From Myxococcota bacterium (GTDB lineage Bacteria > Myxococcota_A > UBA796 > UBA2385), in NCBI GenBank assembly GCA_044344255.1, contig JBIJDH010000017.1:1-64000 (forward strand): DNA of 64,000 nt, written 5' to 3'. The notes under the pieces are model-generated. The model had not been told where the DNA came from. It worked only from the letters and a program-made list of their open reading frames with translations, and made no database searches. Of this stretch, positions 20,141 to 29,957 are shown in pieces. The stretch's first letter is position 1. Every line of letters begins with the position of its first letter. The position numbers were made by a program, and so were the translations under genes.

Positions 20141-20290
20141 GGTGAGGGCCCCGGGCGGGAGCGCCCGAGCGGGAGCGGGTCGGTGTCGACGGTCTCCCGC
20201 TCGCCTCGGCCGGCATTCGCGAACCCGACCGCAATAGCTCTTGATTCAAGGCCGCATGCGGTGGAGTCACCCCCTTGATATGCTCCCGGG

Positions 20291-21715
20291 ATGTCGAGCC
20301 CGGCCGCGGCAGAGCCTGAGGACAACGAGGTCGCGCCACCCCTGGGCGCCGGCCGCTTTCGGCTGCGGGACATCCTCGGGCAGGGGGCGACGGCGACGGT
20401 CTTCCGCGCCTGGGACGAGGAGCGCGGGGAAGAGTGCGCGGTGAAGGTCCTCTCCGCCGCGGCGCGCGCCGATCGTGTCACGCTCGCTCGATTCGAGAGA
20501 GAGGCCCGGCTCCTCGCCCAAGTGGAGCACCCCGCCCTCCTCCGGGCGAGGGCCTCTGCGCTCAGCGGCGAGCACCCCTACCTCGTCCTCGATCTCGCAC
20601 CGGGGGGGAACCTCCGAGAGCGGATGCAGGGCGGAGCCCAGGCGCGGGGGTCGGGCGGCATGGAGCCGGCGGCGGCGGTCCGCCTCCTCCTGCCGGTGCT
20701 CGATGCCCTCGAACGGGTCCACGCGGCGGGGATCGTGCACCGCGACATCAAGCCCGAGAACATCCTCATCGGCGACGACGATCAGGCCCTCCTGGCGGAC
20801 TTCGGCGTCGCCCAGTTCGATCTCGAGGCCACGCTGACCGCCGCCGGTGACCGTCTCGGGAGCTTCGCCTACATGGCCCCCGAGCAGCTCGATGGCCGCG
20901 GCGCCGTCGGACCGCCGGCAGACCTCTACGCCATCGGCGCCACCCTCCTCGCGCTCACCTCAGGGCGGCCCCCCTTCGGCCTCCTCGAGCCCGAGCGCAG
21001 GGCGGCGCTCCTCGACTCGCTGCCTCCCTCCTACCGATCCGTCGTGGCGCGCGCGACCTCCGCCCGCCCAGAAGACCGGCCAGCCTCTGCGGCGGCGCTC
21101 CAGGCCGAGCTCCGAGCGCTGTTGGATCCAGCCCCGCAGCGGCCGGCGCACCGGAAGGCCGGGGGCCGTCGCGCCCTCGGGGCCGGGCTCTGCCTGTTCA
21201 GCCTCCTCGGCCTCACCCTCGGCCTTGGTTGGCGAGCCACCGCCAACGGGCCGATGGGGGCCCCAGGCCCGGAGAGCGCACGGGTGGACATCCTTGAACC
21301 ACCCCGCGGAGCCGCGTCGGTGGAGCGGCCCTCTCCCACGACCTCCGCTGACCCTGAACCGCGAATGACGGAGTCGCCCTCCGAACCCTTCTCCGCCGCG
21401 GCCGGCGAGCCCGCCGGCCCCTCGTCGCCCCCGCGCCGCGCCCTCACCCCCGTCTCGGAAGACCCGGTCGAGGAGACGCCCTCGCCACCGGCCCCGGGGA
21501 CGCTCGCGATCAACAGCCGACCCTGGAGCGAGGTGACCCTCGACGGCAAGCCGCAGAAGCGGAGCCCCTGGGTCGGGCCGATCTCGGCCGGGCCCCATCA
21601 GCTGGAGCTCCAGGCGGCGGACGGGCGCTCCTTTTCCCGCTCCATCGAGATGGAGCCCGGTGGCTCCATCGCGCTCTGCTGGGACTTCGACGCCGAGGCT
21701 CCCTGCCCGCGATGA
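20291..21715 (+). CDS. Membrane Ser/Thr protein kinase with C-terminal PEGA-like domain
   Basis: Motifs GQGATA, AVK, HRDIKPEN, DFG and YMAPE, followed by a TM segment, a Pro-rich linker and INSRPWSEVTLDG. Confidence 0.92.
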   Translation: MSSPAAAEPEDNEVAPPLGAGRFRLRDILGQGATATVFRAWDEERGEECAVKVLSAAARADRVTLARFEREARLLAQVEHPALLRARASALSGEHPYLVLDLAPGGNLRERMQGGAQARGSGGMEPAAAVRLLLPVLDALERVHAAGIVHRDIKPENILIGDDDQALLADFGVAQFDLEATLTAAGDRLGSFAYMAPEQLDGRGAVGPPADLYAIGATLLALTSGRPPFGLLEPERRAALLDSLPPSYRSVVARATSARPEDRPASAAALQAELRALLDPAPQRPAHRKAGGRRALGAGLCLFSLLGLTLGLGWRATANGPMGAPGPESARVDILEPPRGAASVERPSPTTSADPEPRMTESPSEPFSAAAGEPAGPSSPPRRALTPVSEDPVEETPSPPAPGTLAINSRPWSEVTLDGKPQKRSPWVGPISAGPHQLELQAADGRSFSRSIEMEPGGSIALCWDFDAEAPCPR

Positions 21716-22875
21716 GCAGCCTCCCCCTCCTCCCGCTCCTCGGCCTCTCCTTGCTCACCTTGCCTCTCCTGAGCGCGGCGGCGGCGGAGCCCACCGTGGG
21801 CCCAACGAGCCGAGAGGGCCTCGTCTCCCTCTCCCTGCCGGCCCTGCTCGGCCGACAGCAACCCTGGCTCGAGGGCGGGGGACACCTCGGCCGCTGCGCA
21901 GGGGCGGGACAGAGCCTCGACGCCGCCCTCGACGCGCTGCAGGCCGCCGAGCGCGCGATGGCCTACCTTCAGCACGCCGAGGCAGAGCGGGCCTTCCTCG
22001 ATGCGGAGGCCGCCCTCCTCTGTTCGGCGGGGCCGGTGGCCGCCAACATCGCGGCGCGGGTACCCTTCCTCCGCGGCGTGGAGGCCGCGCTCCTCGGGCA
22101 GGGGGACGAGGCCCGCGCTCAATTCCTCGCGGCCCACCGCATCCGACCCGGCATCCCCTGGGATGAGAATTACCCCCCCGAAGCCACGCTCCCCTTTGAG
22201 CTGGCCCGAGCCGACGCCGCCACCGAGCCCGCCCTGCGCCTGCGCCTCCTCCCTCCGCCCGCGGAGATCTGGGTGGACGGGCGGCCCGCCGACACGCGGA
22301 GCGAGGAGCTGCTCCTCGGGCCGGGGCGACACTACATCCAGGTGCCGGCGATCGGCTGGTTGCCCCTGGTCGTCGAGCTCCCCCCGCAGCGGGATCGCCC
22401 CACCGATGAGCCCCTCCGCCTCTTCCTCCCCGCGCTCGTGGAGGCGGAGACCCTCACCTGGTTCGCCGACGAGCACCGCCGATCCGAGCTCGACGGCCTC
22501 CTCCGCGGCGCCGTCGCGCCCGGCACCCGGCTGGTGATCGACCAGGGGGGGGAGAGCTTCAGCGGCTCCGCCGGCGAGGCCCGGTGGGAGCCGATCCACC
22601 TGGAGACACCCCGGCCGGGCCGGGTGTGGCGAGTCGCGGCATGGTCCGGGCTCGCGCTGGCCCTCGACGGCGCCATGCTGGCGGTCGTCGGACAGGCGGG
22701 TATGGCCAAGAGCGCGGCGGCGGCCGAGCACAGCGACACCCCCGCCGACTATCGGCAGGCGCGGGGCGCGTTCGACGCCTGGCGCGGCCTCGGCGTGGCG
22801 GGGCTGTGGGTGACGGGCGGCGGGGTCCTCCTGTGCGGCGGCGGCGTCATCGGCGACGCGCGGAGGTCGCCGTGA
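21712..22875 (+). CDS. Hypothetical exported protein with TPR-like helices, PEGA-like segment and C-terminal TM helices
   Basis: Signal peptide; AEIWVDG...LGPGRHYIQ; ATGA/GTGA overlaps on both sides. Confidence 0.7.
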   Translation: MSSLPLLPLLGLSLLTLPLLSAAAAEPTVGPTSREGLVSLSLPALLGRQQPWLEGGGHLGRCAGAGQSLDAALDALQAAERAMAYLQHAEAERAFLDAEAALLCSAGPVAANIAARVPFLRGVEAALLGQGDEARAQFLAAHRIRPGIPWDENYPPEATLPFELARADAATEPALRLRLLPPPAEIWVDGRPADTRSEELLLGPGRHYIQVPAIGWLPLVVELPPQRDRPTDEPLRLFLPALVEAETLTWFADEHRRSELDGLLRGAVAPGTRLVIDQGGESFSGSAGEARWEPIHLETPRPGRVWRVAAWSGLALALDGAMLAVVGQAGMAKSAAAAEHSDTPADYRQARGAFDAWRGLGVAGLWVTGGGVLLCGGGVIGDARRSP

Positions 22876-24725
22876 CGGCCACCTCGCGTGTCCCCCTCGC
22901 CCTGTGGATGTCGGCGCTGCTCGGGGCCTGCCTCCCCGACTTCCCCGTACGTCGTTTCCCAAGCGATCCCACCGACGACTGGGACGGGGACGGTGAAGAC
23001 GAGGTGCACGGGGACTGCGACGACCGAGACCCTGCGATCTCCACCGCCGCCGCCGAGCGCTGTGACGAGGTCGACAATGACTGCGACGACCGCGTCGATG
23101 ACGCCGATGACGACGTGGAGCCCTCCACCCAGGTCCTTTGGTTCGCCGACGCGGACGGGGACCACTGGGGTGACAGCAGCCGCGCCGGTCGGAGCTGCGC
23201 CCCCCCCTCGATGGCCCTGGTCGCCGAGGCGGCGGGGGACTGCGACGACACCGACCCCGAGGTGCACCCCGAGGCCGAGGAGCGGTGCGGCAACGGGCTG
23301 GACGACGACTGTGACGGTGGTCCCGGCGACTGCGGCTGGGAGCAGGAGGAGACGCTCGAGAGCGCGACCCTCTCCCTCGTTGGCTCAGAGAGCGGGCAGC
23401 TCGTCGGCGATGGACTGGAGTCCCTCGGTGACATCGACGGAGATGGCCGCAACGACGTGCTGATCGGCGCGGTTGGCGCGAGCGGCGTGGGGGGAGAGGC
23501 GGACGCCGGCGGCGTCTGGCTGGTCACCGGCGCCGAGCTCCAGGCGATGGCCGAGGCGTCGACCGGGGAGGCGGTCGGTGGAGCGCGGCTCCTGGACGAG
23601 GCCGCCGGCCTGAGCCTCCGAGGCACGGCCGAGAATGGCCTCTTCGGGATCGCGGCCACCCGCACCGACCGCGCGCTCGGCGAACCGGGCTTCGCCGTCG
23701 GCGCCCGCTGTGAGTACCCCTGCCCGCTGGAGGGCGGTCGGGTCTACCTGTTCGGAGGGCTGACGCCGGGCGCCCACACCGCCGAGGAGGCCGAGGTAGA
23801 GCTCGCCGCGGCGGCGATCGGCGATCTCCTCGGCGTGGTACTGTCCACCCTCGGAGGCGACCTCGTCGCGCCCGCTCCTGGCCACGCGGACGCCGCGGGG
23901 CGGGTGTACCTCGTCCGGGAGCCACCCTCCGGCACCCACGCCCTCGATCCGCTCCCGGACTGTGTCGTCTCGACCGTCGACGGGGTCACCGAGGGCGACT
24001 ACTTCGGGGAGGCGCTGTCCGGGCTCGCCGACCTGGACGGGGACGGCGTGGCCGACCTGGTCGTCGGCGCCCCTGCGGAGCATGTGGGCGGCGAGACCTT
24101 GGGCGGCCTTCATGTCTTCCTGGGGCCGCTGGCCGGCAGCGTTCGGGCCGACGACGCCGACCACATCGTCATCGGCCCGGGGGCCGACAGCCTCTTCGGG
24201 CGCAGCTTCTCCGTGGGCGATGACCTTGACCAGGACGGCATCCCCGACCTCGTCGTCGCCGCCGAAGAGGCCGCCCCCCACGGGGAGGGCGAGGGGGTGG
24301 TCTACCTCCTCGACGGGGGGAGCCTCGGCACAGGGCCTACGGCGGTCGAGGCCATCACCAGCGGCCGCATCGAGGGCGGCGCTCGCGACCCGGCGGTCGG
24401 TCGAAGCGTGGCCACCCTCGACTTCAACGGTGACGGAGCGCCGGACATCGCCGTGGGCTCCACGCGCTCCGGAGAGGGCCGTGGCGTCGTCGCGACCTTC
24501 AACGGGCCCTTCAGCGCTGGCGGCTGGACCCTGACGACCACCGACGCCGACCAGCGCTTCAGCGGTCTGGAACCCGAGGACCGGCTCGGCCGCTCCATCC
24601 TCGGCGCCGGGGACATCAACCTGGACGGGCTCGACGACCTCCTCCTCGGTGCCCCCGAAAAGATCGGGGTCACCCCTTCCGGCGCCGGGGCTGTGTACCT
24701 CTTCCCGGGAGCCGAGGGGATATGA
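22872..24725 (+). CDS. Lipoprotein with two MopE-type metal-binding motifs and FG-GAP/integrin-like repeats
   Basis: Lipobox LLGAC; two DCDD.DP...P/T.A.ERC...D.DCD motifs; repeated DxDGDGxxDLxxGAP. Confidence 0.85.
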   Translation: MTATSRVPLALWMSALLGACLPDFPVRRFPSDPTDDWDGDGEDEVHGDCDDRDPAISTAAAERCDEVDNDCDDRVDDADDDVEPSTQVLWFADADGDHWGDSSRAGRSCAPPSMALVAEAAGDCDDTDPEVHPEAEERCGNGLDDDCDGGPGDCGWEQEETLESATLSLVGSESGQLVGDGLESLGDIDGDGRNDVLIGAVGASGVGGEADAGGVWLVTGAELQAMAEASTGEAVGGARLLDEAAGLSLRGTAENGLFGIAATRTDRALGEPGFAVGARCEYPCPLEGGRVYLFGGLTPGAHTAEEAEVELAAAAIGDLLGVVLSTLGGDLVAPAPGHADAAGRVYLVREPPSGTHALDPLPDCVVSTVDGVTEGDYFGEALSGLADLDGDGVADLVVGAPAEHVGGETLGGLHVFLGPLAGSVRADDADHIVIGPGADSLFGRSFSVGDDLDQDGIPDLVVAAEEAAPHGEGEGVVYLLDGGSLGTGPTAVEAITSGRIEGGARDPAVGRSVATLDFNGDGAPDIAVGSTRSGEGRGVVATFNGPFSAGGWTLTTTDADQRFSGLEPEDRLGRSILGAGDINLDGLDDLLLGAPEKIGVTPSGAGAVYLFPGAEGI

Positions 24726-26473
24726 CCAGACTCACCGCCGAAAGGCCCGCCGGTCTCCAGCAGGCCATCGAGCTCATGGCCGGCCTCCGCGCTTGTGCGG
24801 ATCGCGCCGCCGCCGCGAGCTGCGGGCTCGGCGCCGTCGAGGGGGCCCTCCGGTCCGCCCTCCCCGCCGCGGCGCGGATCCGTCGGCTCGTGCTCCACCT
24901 CCGCCCGGAGCGGGGCTACACCGGACTGTACCTCCGCGAGGCGGGCGCCGCGGAGGCCCGCCTGGCCACGCCGTCCGACGACGCCGCGAGCTCGGCGACC
25001 GCCTGGCTCTGGATCGCCCAGACCGAGCGGTCCGTGCTGTTGGACGTAGAGGCCGACACCGTCTCTCACCCGGACGGCGCCCGACCCGAGGGGGCCGACG
25101 CAGGACCGCGCTGGGTGGGCCTCACGAGCGCCGCCCTCCGCCGCCGGCGGAGCACTCACACCTTGTCCATCCCCTTGAGACCCCCGCGGGGCAAGCCGAT
25201 CGGCATGATCGTCTGCGAGGTGGACTGGCCGGAGGCGGTCGGTGCGCAGCGCCCCGCCTGGGGAGGGTCGGAGCCCGGAATTCAGCTCCTCGCCGATCTC
25301 TTGAGCCCCTTCCTACTGCAGCTCCCGAGCGGCCCCGACCAGCCCGTGGAGGTCGACCCCCTCCTGCCGGTGGTCGGACGAGCGATGGCGGGCGTGGTGC
25401 GCACCCTCTCGGCCTTCTCGCGGTTCGACGAGACGCTCTTGCTCCGCGGGGCGACCGGGACCGGGAAGTCCCATCTCGCCGCGTGGTGCCACGCCCGCTC
25501 GGCGCGCGCGCGCGGGCCCTTCATCGTGGCCGATCTGCGGAGCGGCGCCGACGGCCTCGGTGACGCGGCGCTCTTCGGCTGGAAGCGGGGCGCCTTTACG
25601 GGCGCGGTCGCAGACTCCCGCGGCGCTGTGGCCCAGGCGGAAGGAGGGACCCTCTTCATCGACGAGATCGACAAGCTCGACCTCACCGCCCAAGGTCGGT
25701 TGCTGCGGCTCCTCGAAGAGCGGCGCTACCGGGCGATCGGCGAGGAGAGAGAGCGGACCGCCGACGTCCGCTTCATCGTCGGCACGAACGCGGACCTCGA
25801 AGGCGCGGTGTCCCAGGGACGCTTCCTCCGCGACCTGTACTACCGCGTCAACGTCCTTCCCATCGAGGTCCCCTCGCTGTCCGGCCGACGGGACGAGATT
25901 CGCCCCTGGGCCCGGCGCATGCTGCGAATCGCTGGCGAGAGCGGCGCGGTCCTCTCCGCCGCGTTCAACGACGCGGCCGAGGACCTGCTGGAGGCCCAGC
26001 CCTGGCCGGGCAACCTGCGCCACCTTCACAGCGTCGTCGTGCGCGCGCTCGCATTCTGCCTCGCCGACACGACCGATCCCGCACAAGCCGACGCTCCGCC
26101 CTGCGAGGTTTCGGAGCGTCATGTCCGCCGGGCCCTCTCCCTCGACCGCTCGGAGCCGCCGGGCGTCGAGGGCTCGGTGAAGGACGCGCTCGGCACCGTC
26201 TCCCGCGCCTTCGTGACCGAGGCCCAACGACGTCGGCGCGCGCAGGAGCCCTCGCTGGACCTCGACCTGACCGAGGGCCTGCGCGGCCTCGTTCTGCAGG
26301 CGGCGCGCGAGCGGATCGGCGAGACCCGGGAGGCGTTCAGCCTCTTCGGCCTCGACCAACAACTCCGGGGCGGCAACTACCTCCGGACCTGGCGGCGGGA
26401 GGTGGAGCGGAGCGATGAGCTCCTCGCCGCGCTGGGGATCAGCCGGTCGGCCCCGAGTGAGCGGGGGGACTGA
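24722..26473 (+). CDS. Sigma54-dependent enhancer-binding protein (AAA+) with an atypical N-terminal sensor domain
   Basis: Motifs GATGTGKS, GAFTGA, FIDEID, FLRDLYYRVNV and WPGNLR. Confidence 0.9.
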   Translation: MTRLTAERPAGLQQAIELMAGLRACADRAAAASCGLGAVEGALRSALPAAARIRRLVLHLRPERGYTGLYLREAGAAEARLATPSDDAASSATAWLWIAQTERSVLLDVEADTVSHPDGARPEGADAGPRWVGLTSAALRRRRSTHTLSIPLRPPRGKPIGMIVCEVDWPEAVGAQRPAWGGSEPGIQLLADLLSPFLLQLPSGPDQPVEVDPLLPVVGRAMAGVVRTLSAFSRFDETLLLRGATGTGKSHLAAWCHARSARARGPFIVADLRSGADGLGDAALFGWKRGAFTGAVADSRGAVAQAEGGTLFIDEIDKLDLTAQGRLLRLLEERRYRAIGEERERTADVRFIVGTNADLEGAVSQGRFLRDLYYRVNVLPIEVPSLSGRRDEIRPWARRMLRIAGESGAVLSAAFNDAAEDLLEAQPWPGNLRHLHSVVVRALAFCLADTTDPAQADAPPCEVSERHVRRALSLDRSEPPGVEGSVKDALGTVSRAFVTEAQRRRRAQEPSLDLDLTEGLRGLVLQAARERIGETREAFSLFGLDQQLRGGNYLRTWRREVERSDELLAALGISRSAPSERGD

Positions 26474-26491
26474 GGGGCGCGCCATGCTCGA

Positions 26492-26518
26492 AGCCGCCGG
26501 GTTTTAACGCCGGTGGCT
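26492..26518. terminator. Hairpin between convergent genes, possible bidirectional terminator
   Basis: agccgccgg-gttttaacg-ccggtggct forms a 9-bp stem with one G-U pair; no U-tract. Confidence 0.4.
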
Positions 26519-27624
26519 CAGGTGGCCAGGCAGCGGGCCGCGGCCGCGAGCATCTTCGGCCAGAGCGAGGGAGTGCGGAAGAGGGGCGGGCTGTGGAAGC
26601 AGTGATGAAAGCAGCCCTCACAGGTGGGGTGCTGGCCGGTGGAGGCCCGAAAGTGGTCCGCATCGGGCGAGCGCCACAGGCGGCCGAGGTCGAGGTCTAC
26701 AGCGCGGAGGTCGCCGAGCAGCTCCTCTCGGGGCTCGCAGCCGCGCAGCACCCCGTGCGGCAAGATGACCGCGGTCTCTCGGCCCGCCGCGCAGGTCACC
26801 GGAGAGCGGCCGGTCCGCTGGATCTGATCGATGAGATCACGCTGCACGAGCTCTTTGACGTCGACGAGCGTGCCGTAGGCGGTCGCGTGGCCGGGGTGGC
26901 CGCCGAGCCAGGGGTCATCTCCGCTGACGACGCGCTCCCACCGCTCCCGGTGCGGGATCTCCAGCGTGCGGGGGTCCTTGGGGCTCCCCCGCACGAGGAT
27001 CGGCTTGAGCACGTCGATGGGCAGGTTCGCGCGGGCCCAGCGGGCGGTGGCCTCCGCAGAGGCGTGGTTGAGCCCAGAGACCGTGATCGCGGCGGTGAGG
27101 CGGAGCCGCCCGCGCGCCCCCTCACGGAGCGCACCCAGGCGCCAGAAGGTGGCTTGGAGCCGCTCGAAGAGGCCCGGCATCCCCCGCAGCCGGTCGTGCT
27201 CCTCCCCGAGGCCGTCGAGCGAGAGCCCGACGGTGAAGGTCTGTTCGGGCATCCGCGCCAGCACATCCTGGATGTGCCTCACGATGCGCTCCGTGTGGTA
27301 GCCGTTCATGCAGAAGGTCACGTTGACCGGACGGGTTCGACGGACCCAGGCCTCGGTCACGTCCGGGAGATCCGGCCGCAGCTCTGGGCTGCCGCCCGTG
27401 AGGGTGAGCTGCAAGAGGGGCCCGAGGCTGTCGGCGACCCGCTCATGCTCCGCCACGCTGAGCTCGTCGCGCACCCGCTGGTTGAGCTCCCGCCAGTAGA
27501 AACAGTGCCCGCAGTGTGCGTCACAGCGGCTCGTCACGAACATCAAGACGTAGACCGGGCGATGTACGCCCGGCGCGAGCAGCCGGCCCAGGGCCCGCGT
27601 CGTATCGAGGGGTCGGCGGATCAT
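26518..27624 (-). CDS. Radical SAM protein with SPASM/twitch domain
   Basis: CDAHCGHC, TGGSP, SLDG...HDRLRG and C-terminal C.AG...G...GC...C..C.H.C. Confidence 0.9.
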   Translation of the reverse strand: MIRRPLDTTRALGRLLAPGVHRPVYVLMFVTSRCDAHCGHCFYWRELNQRVRDELSVAEHERVADSLGPLLQLTLTGGSPELRPDLPDVTEAWVRRTRPVNVTFCMNGYHTERIVRHIQDVLARMPEQTFTVGLSLDGLGEEHDRLRGMPGLFERLQATFWRLGALREGARGRLRLTAAITVSGLNHASAEATARWARANLPIDVLKPILVRGSPKDPRTLEIPHRERWERVVSGDDPWLGGHPGHATAYGTLVDVKELVQRDLIDQIQRTGRSPVTCAAGRETAVILPHGVLRGCEPREELLGDLRAVDLDLGRLWRSPDADHFRASTGQHPTCEGCFHHCFHSPPLFRTPSLWPKMLAAAARCLAT

Positions 27625-28646
27625 CGGCCGGCCCCGCGGAGGCGCTCGACGCCCATCGAGGCGAGGCCGCCGACCAGCGCGAACCCGCGCACCAGGTCGA
27701 GCAGGAACATCGTCGGCGCCGCCGCGGCACGAAAAGAGAGCGGCTGGCCAGCGAAGGCGCGGGCGAGCTCGGCGCGGCAGATCGCCCACCCGACGAGCGC
27801 GCCGCCCGAGCCGAGCAGCGCCGGCGGGAAGACCGGGCCGAGGAGCGCGGCCCCCAGCGCCGCGCCGCTGAGCCCGACCGCGAGCATGTCGCGCCGGCCG
27901 GCGTGTCGAAAGTCGTGGAGACGCCGACCGCCCCCGAGGATCACCCTCACGGAGGTCACGCCCTTCCGAAGGTCGTTCTCGACGAGGGAGCGGAGGCTGT
28001 GCTCCTTTAAATGGCGTCCGACCGCTCGAGGTTCGGCCATCACGACCGCCGCAGCCGCCCCGAGGCGCTGCCCGAACTCTGTGTCCTCCCCGGCGGCCCC
28101 CTTGAAATCCTCCGCGAACCCACCCACCCGATGAAAGACCTCCGCCCGCACCGCGCCGAGGGCGGTCCAGAACTCGTCGCGCAGGGGGCCGCTCCGGCGG
28201 CTGTAGACGTGGGCGAGGTAGAGGTGCTTGTAGGCCGCGGCGAAGGAGAGGCCCTCCACGTCAATGCCGTAGCGCCCGACCGCCGCGTCGGCCCCGCCCG
28301 AGACCGCCTCGACCAGCCAGCGCAGCGCGTCGGGCGCGACGACCACGTCTGCGTCGACAAAGATGAACAGGTCGACGGGTTCTGCCCCCTTGACCCCGGC
28401 GTTCCGCGCCGCGGCCGCCGAGCGGAGACCAGGCCCCTCGACCACCCGCGATGGGGGGCCTGGCAGCCAGCTGTTCCCACCCTCATCGACCACGACGAGC
28501 TCGCCGTCGAGGCCCTCCAGAGCGAGGAGCAAGGCCTCGACACAGGGCCGCAATGCCTTGCCCGCCCCGGCCGCGGGGACGATCACGCGCACCCGCGCGG
28601 GCGTCGCCTTAAGAGCGACCGTCGAAGCGTCGGCAGACTCTTCCAT
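27621..28646 (-). CDS. GT2-family glycosyltransferase with C-terminal TM segments
   Basis: Motifs VIVPA, VVVD, AARN.G, FVDAD and GGF.EDF...GEDTE; GGAGG SD before the ATG at 28646. Confidence 0.88.
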   Translation of the reverse strand: MEESADASTVALKATPARVRVIVPAAGAGKALRPCVEALLLALEGLDGELVVVDEGGNSWLPGPPSRVVEGPGLRSAAAARNAGVKGAEPVDLFIFVDADVVVAPDALRWLVEAVSGGADAAVGRYGIDVEGLSFAAAYKHLYLAHVYSRRSGPLRDEFWTALGAVRAEVFHRVGGFAEDFKGAAGEDTEFGQRLGAAAAVVMAEPRAVGRHLKEHSLRSLVENDLRKGVTSVRVILGGGRRLHDFRHAGRRDMLAVGLSGAALGAALLGPVFPPALLGSGGALVGWAICRAELARAFAGQPLSFRAAAAPTMFLLDLVRGFALVGGLASMGVERLRGAGR

Positions 28647-28671
28647 GCTCACCCTCCACGGCGCACCCGGC

Positions 28672-28687
28672 AGCAATTGTCGTGCCC
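28672..28687 (-). promoter_or_regulatory. Sigma54 (-24/-12) promoter for the GT2-radical SAM operon
   Basis: The minus strand reads GGGCACG-ACAA-TTGCT (consensus TGGCACG-N4-TTGCW), 25 nt upstream of the start codon. Confidence 0.75.
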
Positions 28688-28993
28688 AACCCGAGCGCCC
28701 GCGAGGGGCTGCTGGGATCAGCCCGGCGCCGCCCTCTCCACGTCGGCCGCACCTGGGCGCCCCCGCTCCGACGCATCCCGCGCAGACGCGGCGCATCCGC
28801 GGCGGATGCTTGGAGCCCGTTGCGCGGATCCCCCGAGTCCTCCCCCCCTGCCGGTTAGACGACGCGGGTTCGCCCCAGGAGCCTCCCCAATGGTCGCACG
28901 CCCTCCCCTCCTGCCGCCCGAGGCCCGGAAGCGGACCGAGGTGCCGCGCACCCCGCACACGCGCCGCCCGAGGCCCGAGCTCGAGGCGCGCCC

Positions 28994-29890
28994 ATGCGAC
29001 CGCTGATCCCCTACTGGGAGCACGACCCGAGCATCCCGCTCCCCTTCCGGATCCCGGTCCTGGGGGTCGATGCCATCCACCTGTTCGGCCTCCTGCTGGC
29101 GGTGGGCTTCCTGGTCGGCGCGCTCATCGCGATGAACAAGGCGCGGCGAGACGGCCAGAACCCGGACCTCATCAGCGACGCCCTGCTGCTCATCGTGGTG
29201 GCCGTGTTTGTCGGTGGCCATTGGGGCCACCTGCTCTTTTATGAACCGGACCTGATCCGAAAAGATCCGATGGTGCTCTTTCGGGTCACCAGCGGGCTCT
29301 CCAGCATGGGGGGGTTTCTCGCCACCATCCTGCTCTGCACGCCGTACTTCTGGCGAGAGATACAGAAGGTGGAGCGGACGAACCGGGAACGGGCGCGGAA
29401 GGGTGAGAAGCTCCTCACGCCAGTCAGCTATTGGGGGCTGGTGGACTGCTGCTGCTACGGCTTCACGATCGCGTGGACCCTCGGCCGCCTCGGCTGTTTC
29501 GCGGCCCACGACCATCCGGGCACGGCCACCAACTTCTGGCTCGGTGTGCCCGGAATGAACCCCTCCGTGGGATGCACGAAGGACGTGGCCTGCCATGACC
29601 TCGGCCTCTACGAGGCGATCTGGTCGCTGCTCATGTATTTTGTGTTTCGGGTGCTGGACCGGAAGGCGCGTTTTCCAGGCTTCTTTGCTGCCGTGTGGTT
29701 GATTTCATACGGGATCACCCGCGTCGTGCTCGATGTCTTTCGGAACCCCGACCTCGACACCCGATACTTCGGCCTCACCCCCGCCCAGTACGGCTCGATG
29801 ATCATGTTCGGGATGGGTGCGGCGATCTATTGGACCCGTCGCAAAGGCACGCCCCTGCGAGACCTCCAGGCTCGCGAATCACAGCCTTAA
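28994..29890 (+). CDS. lgt: Prolipoprotein diacylglyceryl transferase
   Basis: Motifs [27 protein letters not shown] and GLTPAQY; multiple TM segments. Confidence 0.85.
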   Translation: MRPLIPYWEHDPSIPLPFRIPVLGVDAIHLFGLLLAVGFLVGALIAMNKARRDGQNPDLISDALLLIVVAVFVGGHWGHLLFYEPDLIRKDPMVLFRVTSGLSSMGGFLATILLCTPYFWREIQKVERTNRERARKGEKLLTPVSYWGLVDCCCYGFTIAWTLGRLGCFAAHDHPGTATNFWLGVPGMNPSVGCTKDVACHDLGLYEAIWSLLMYFVFRVLDRKARFPGFFAAVWLISYGITRVVLDVFRNPDLDTRYFGLTPAQYGSMIMFGMGAAIYWTRRKGTPLRDLQARESQP

Positions 29891-29957
29891 GCTGAGGGGG
29901 ATCGGCCCTGTCGCCGAGGGCCGCGTCCAGATCGAAGGGGAGGCGGCGCGCTCCAAA

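Noticed and set aside
26490..26520. IS200/IS605 end hairpin
   Set aside because: The resemblance is superficial; there is no tnpA/tnpB or second end, and its position fits a terminator.
26518..27624. Radical SAM gene as RiPP partner of the HExxH protein
   Set aside because: It is over 10 kb away, is coupled to a glycosyltransferase, and has no precursor peptide nearby.
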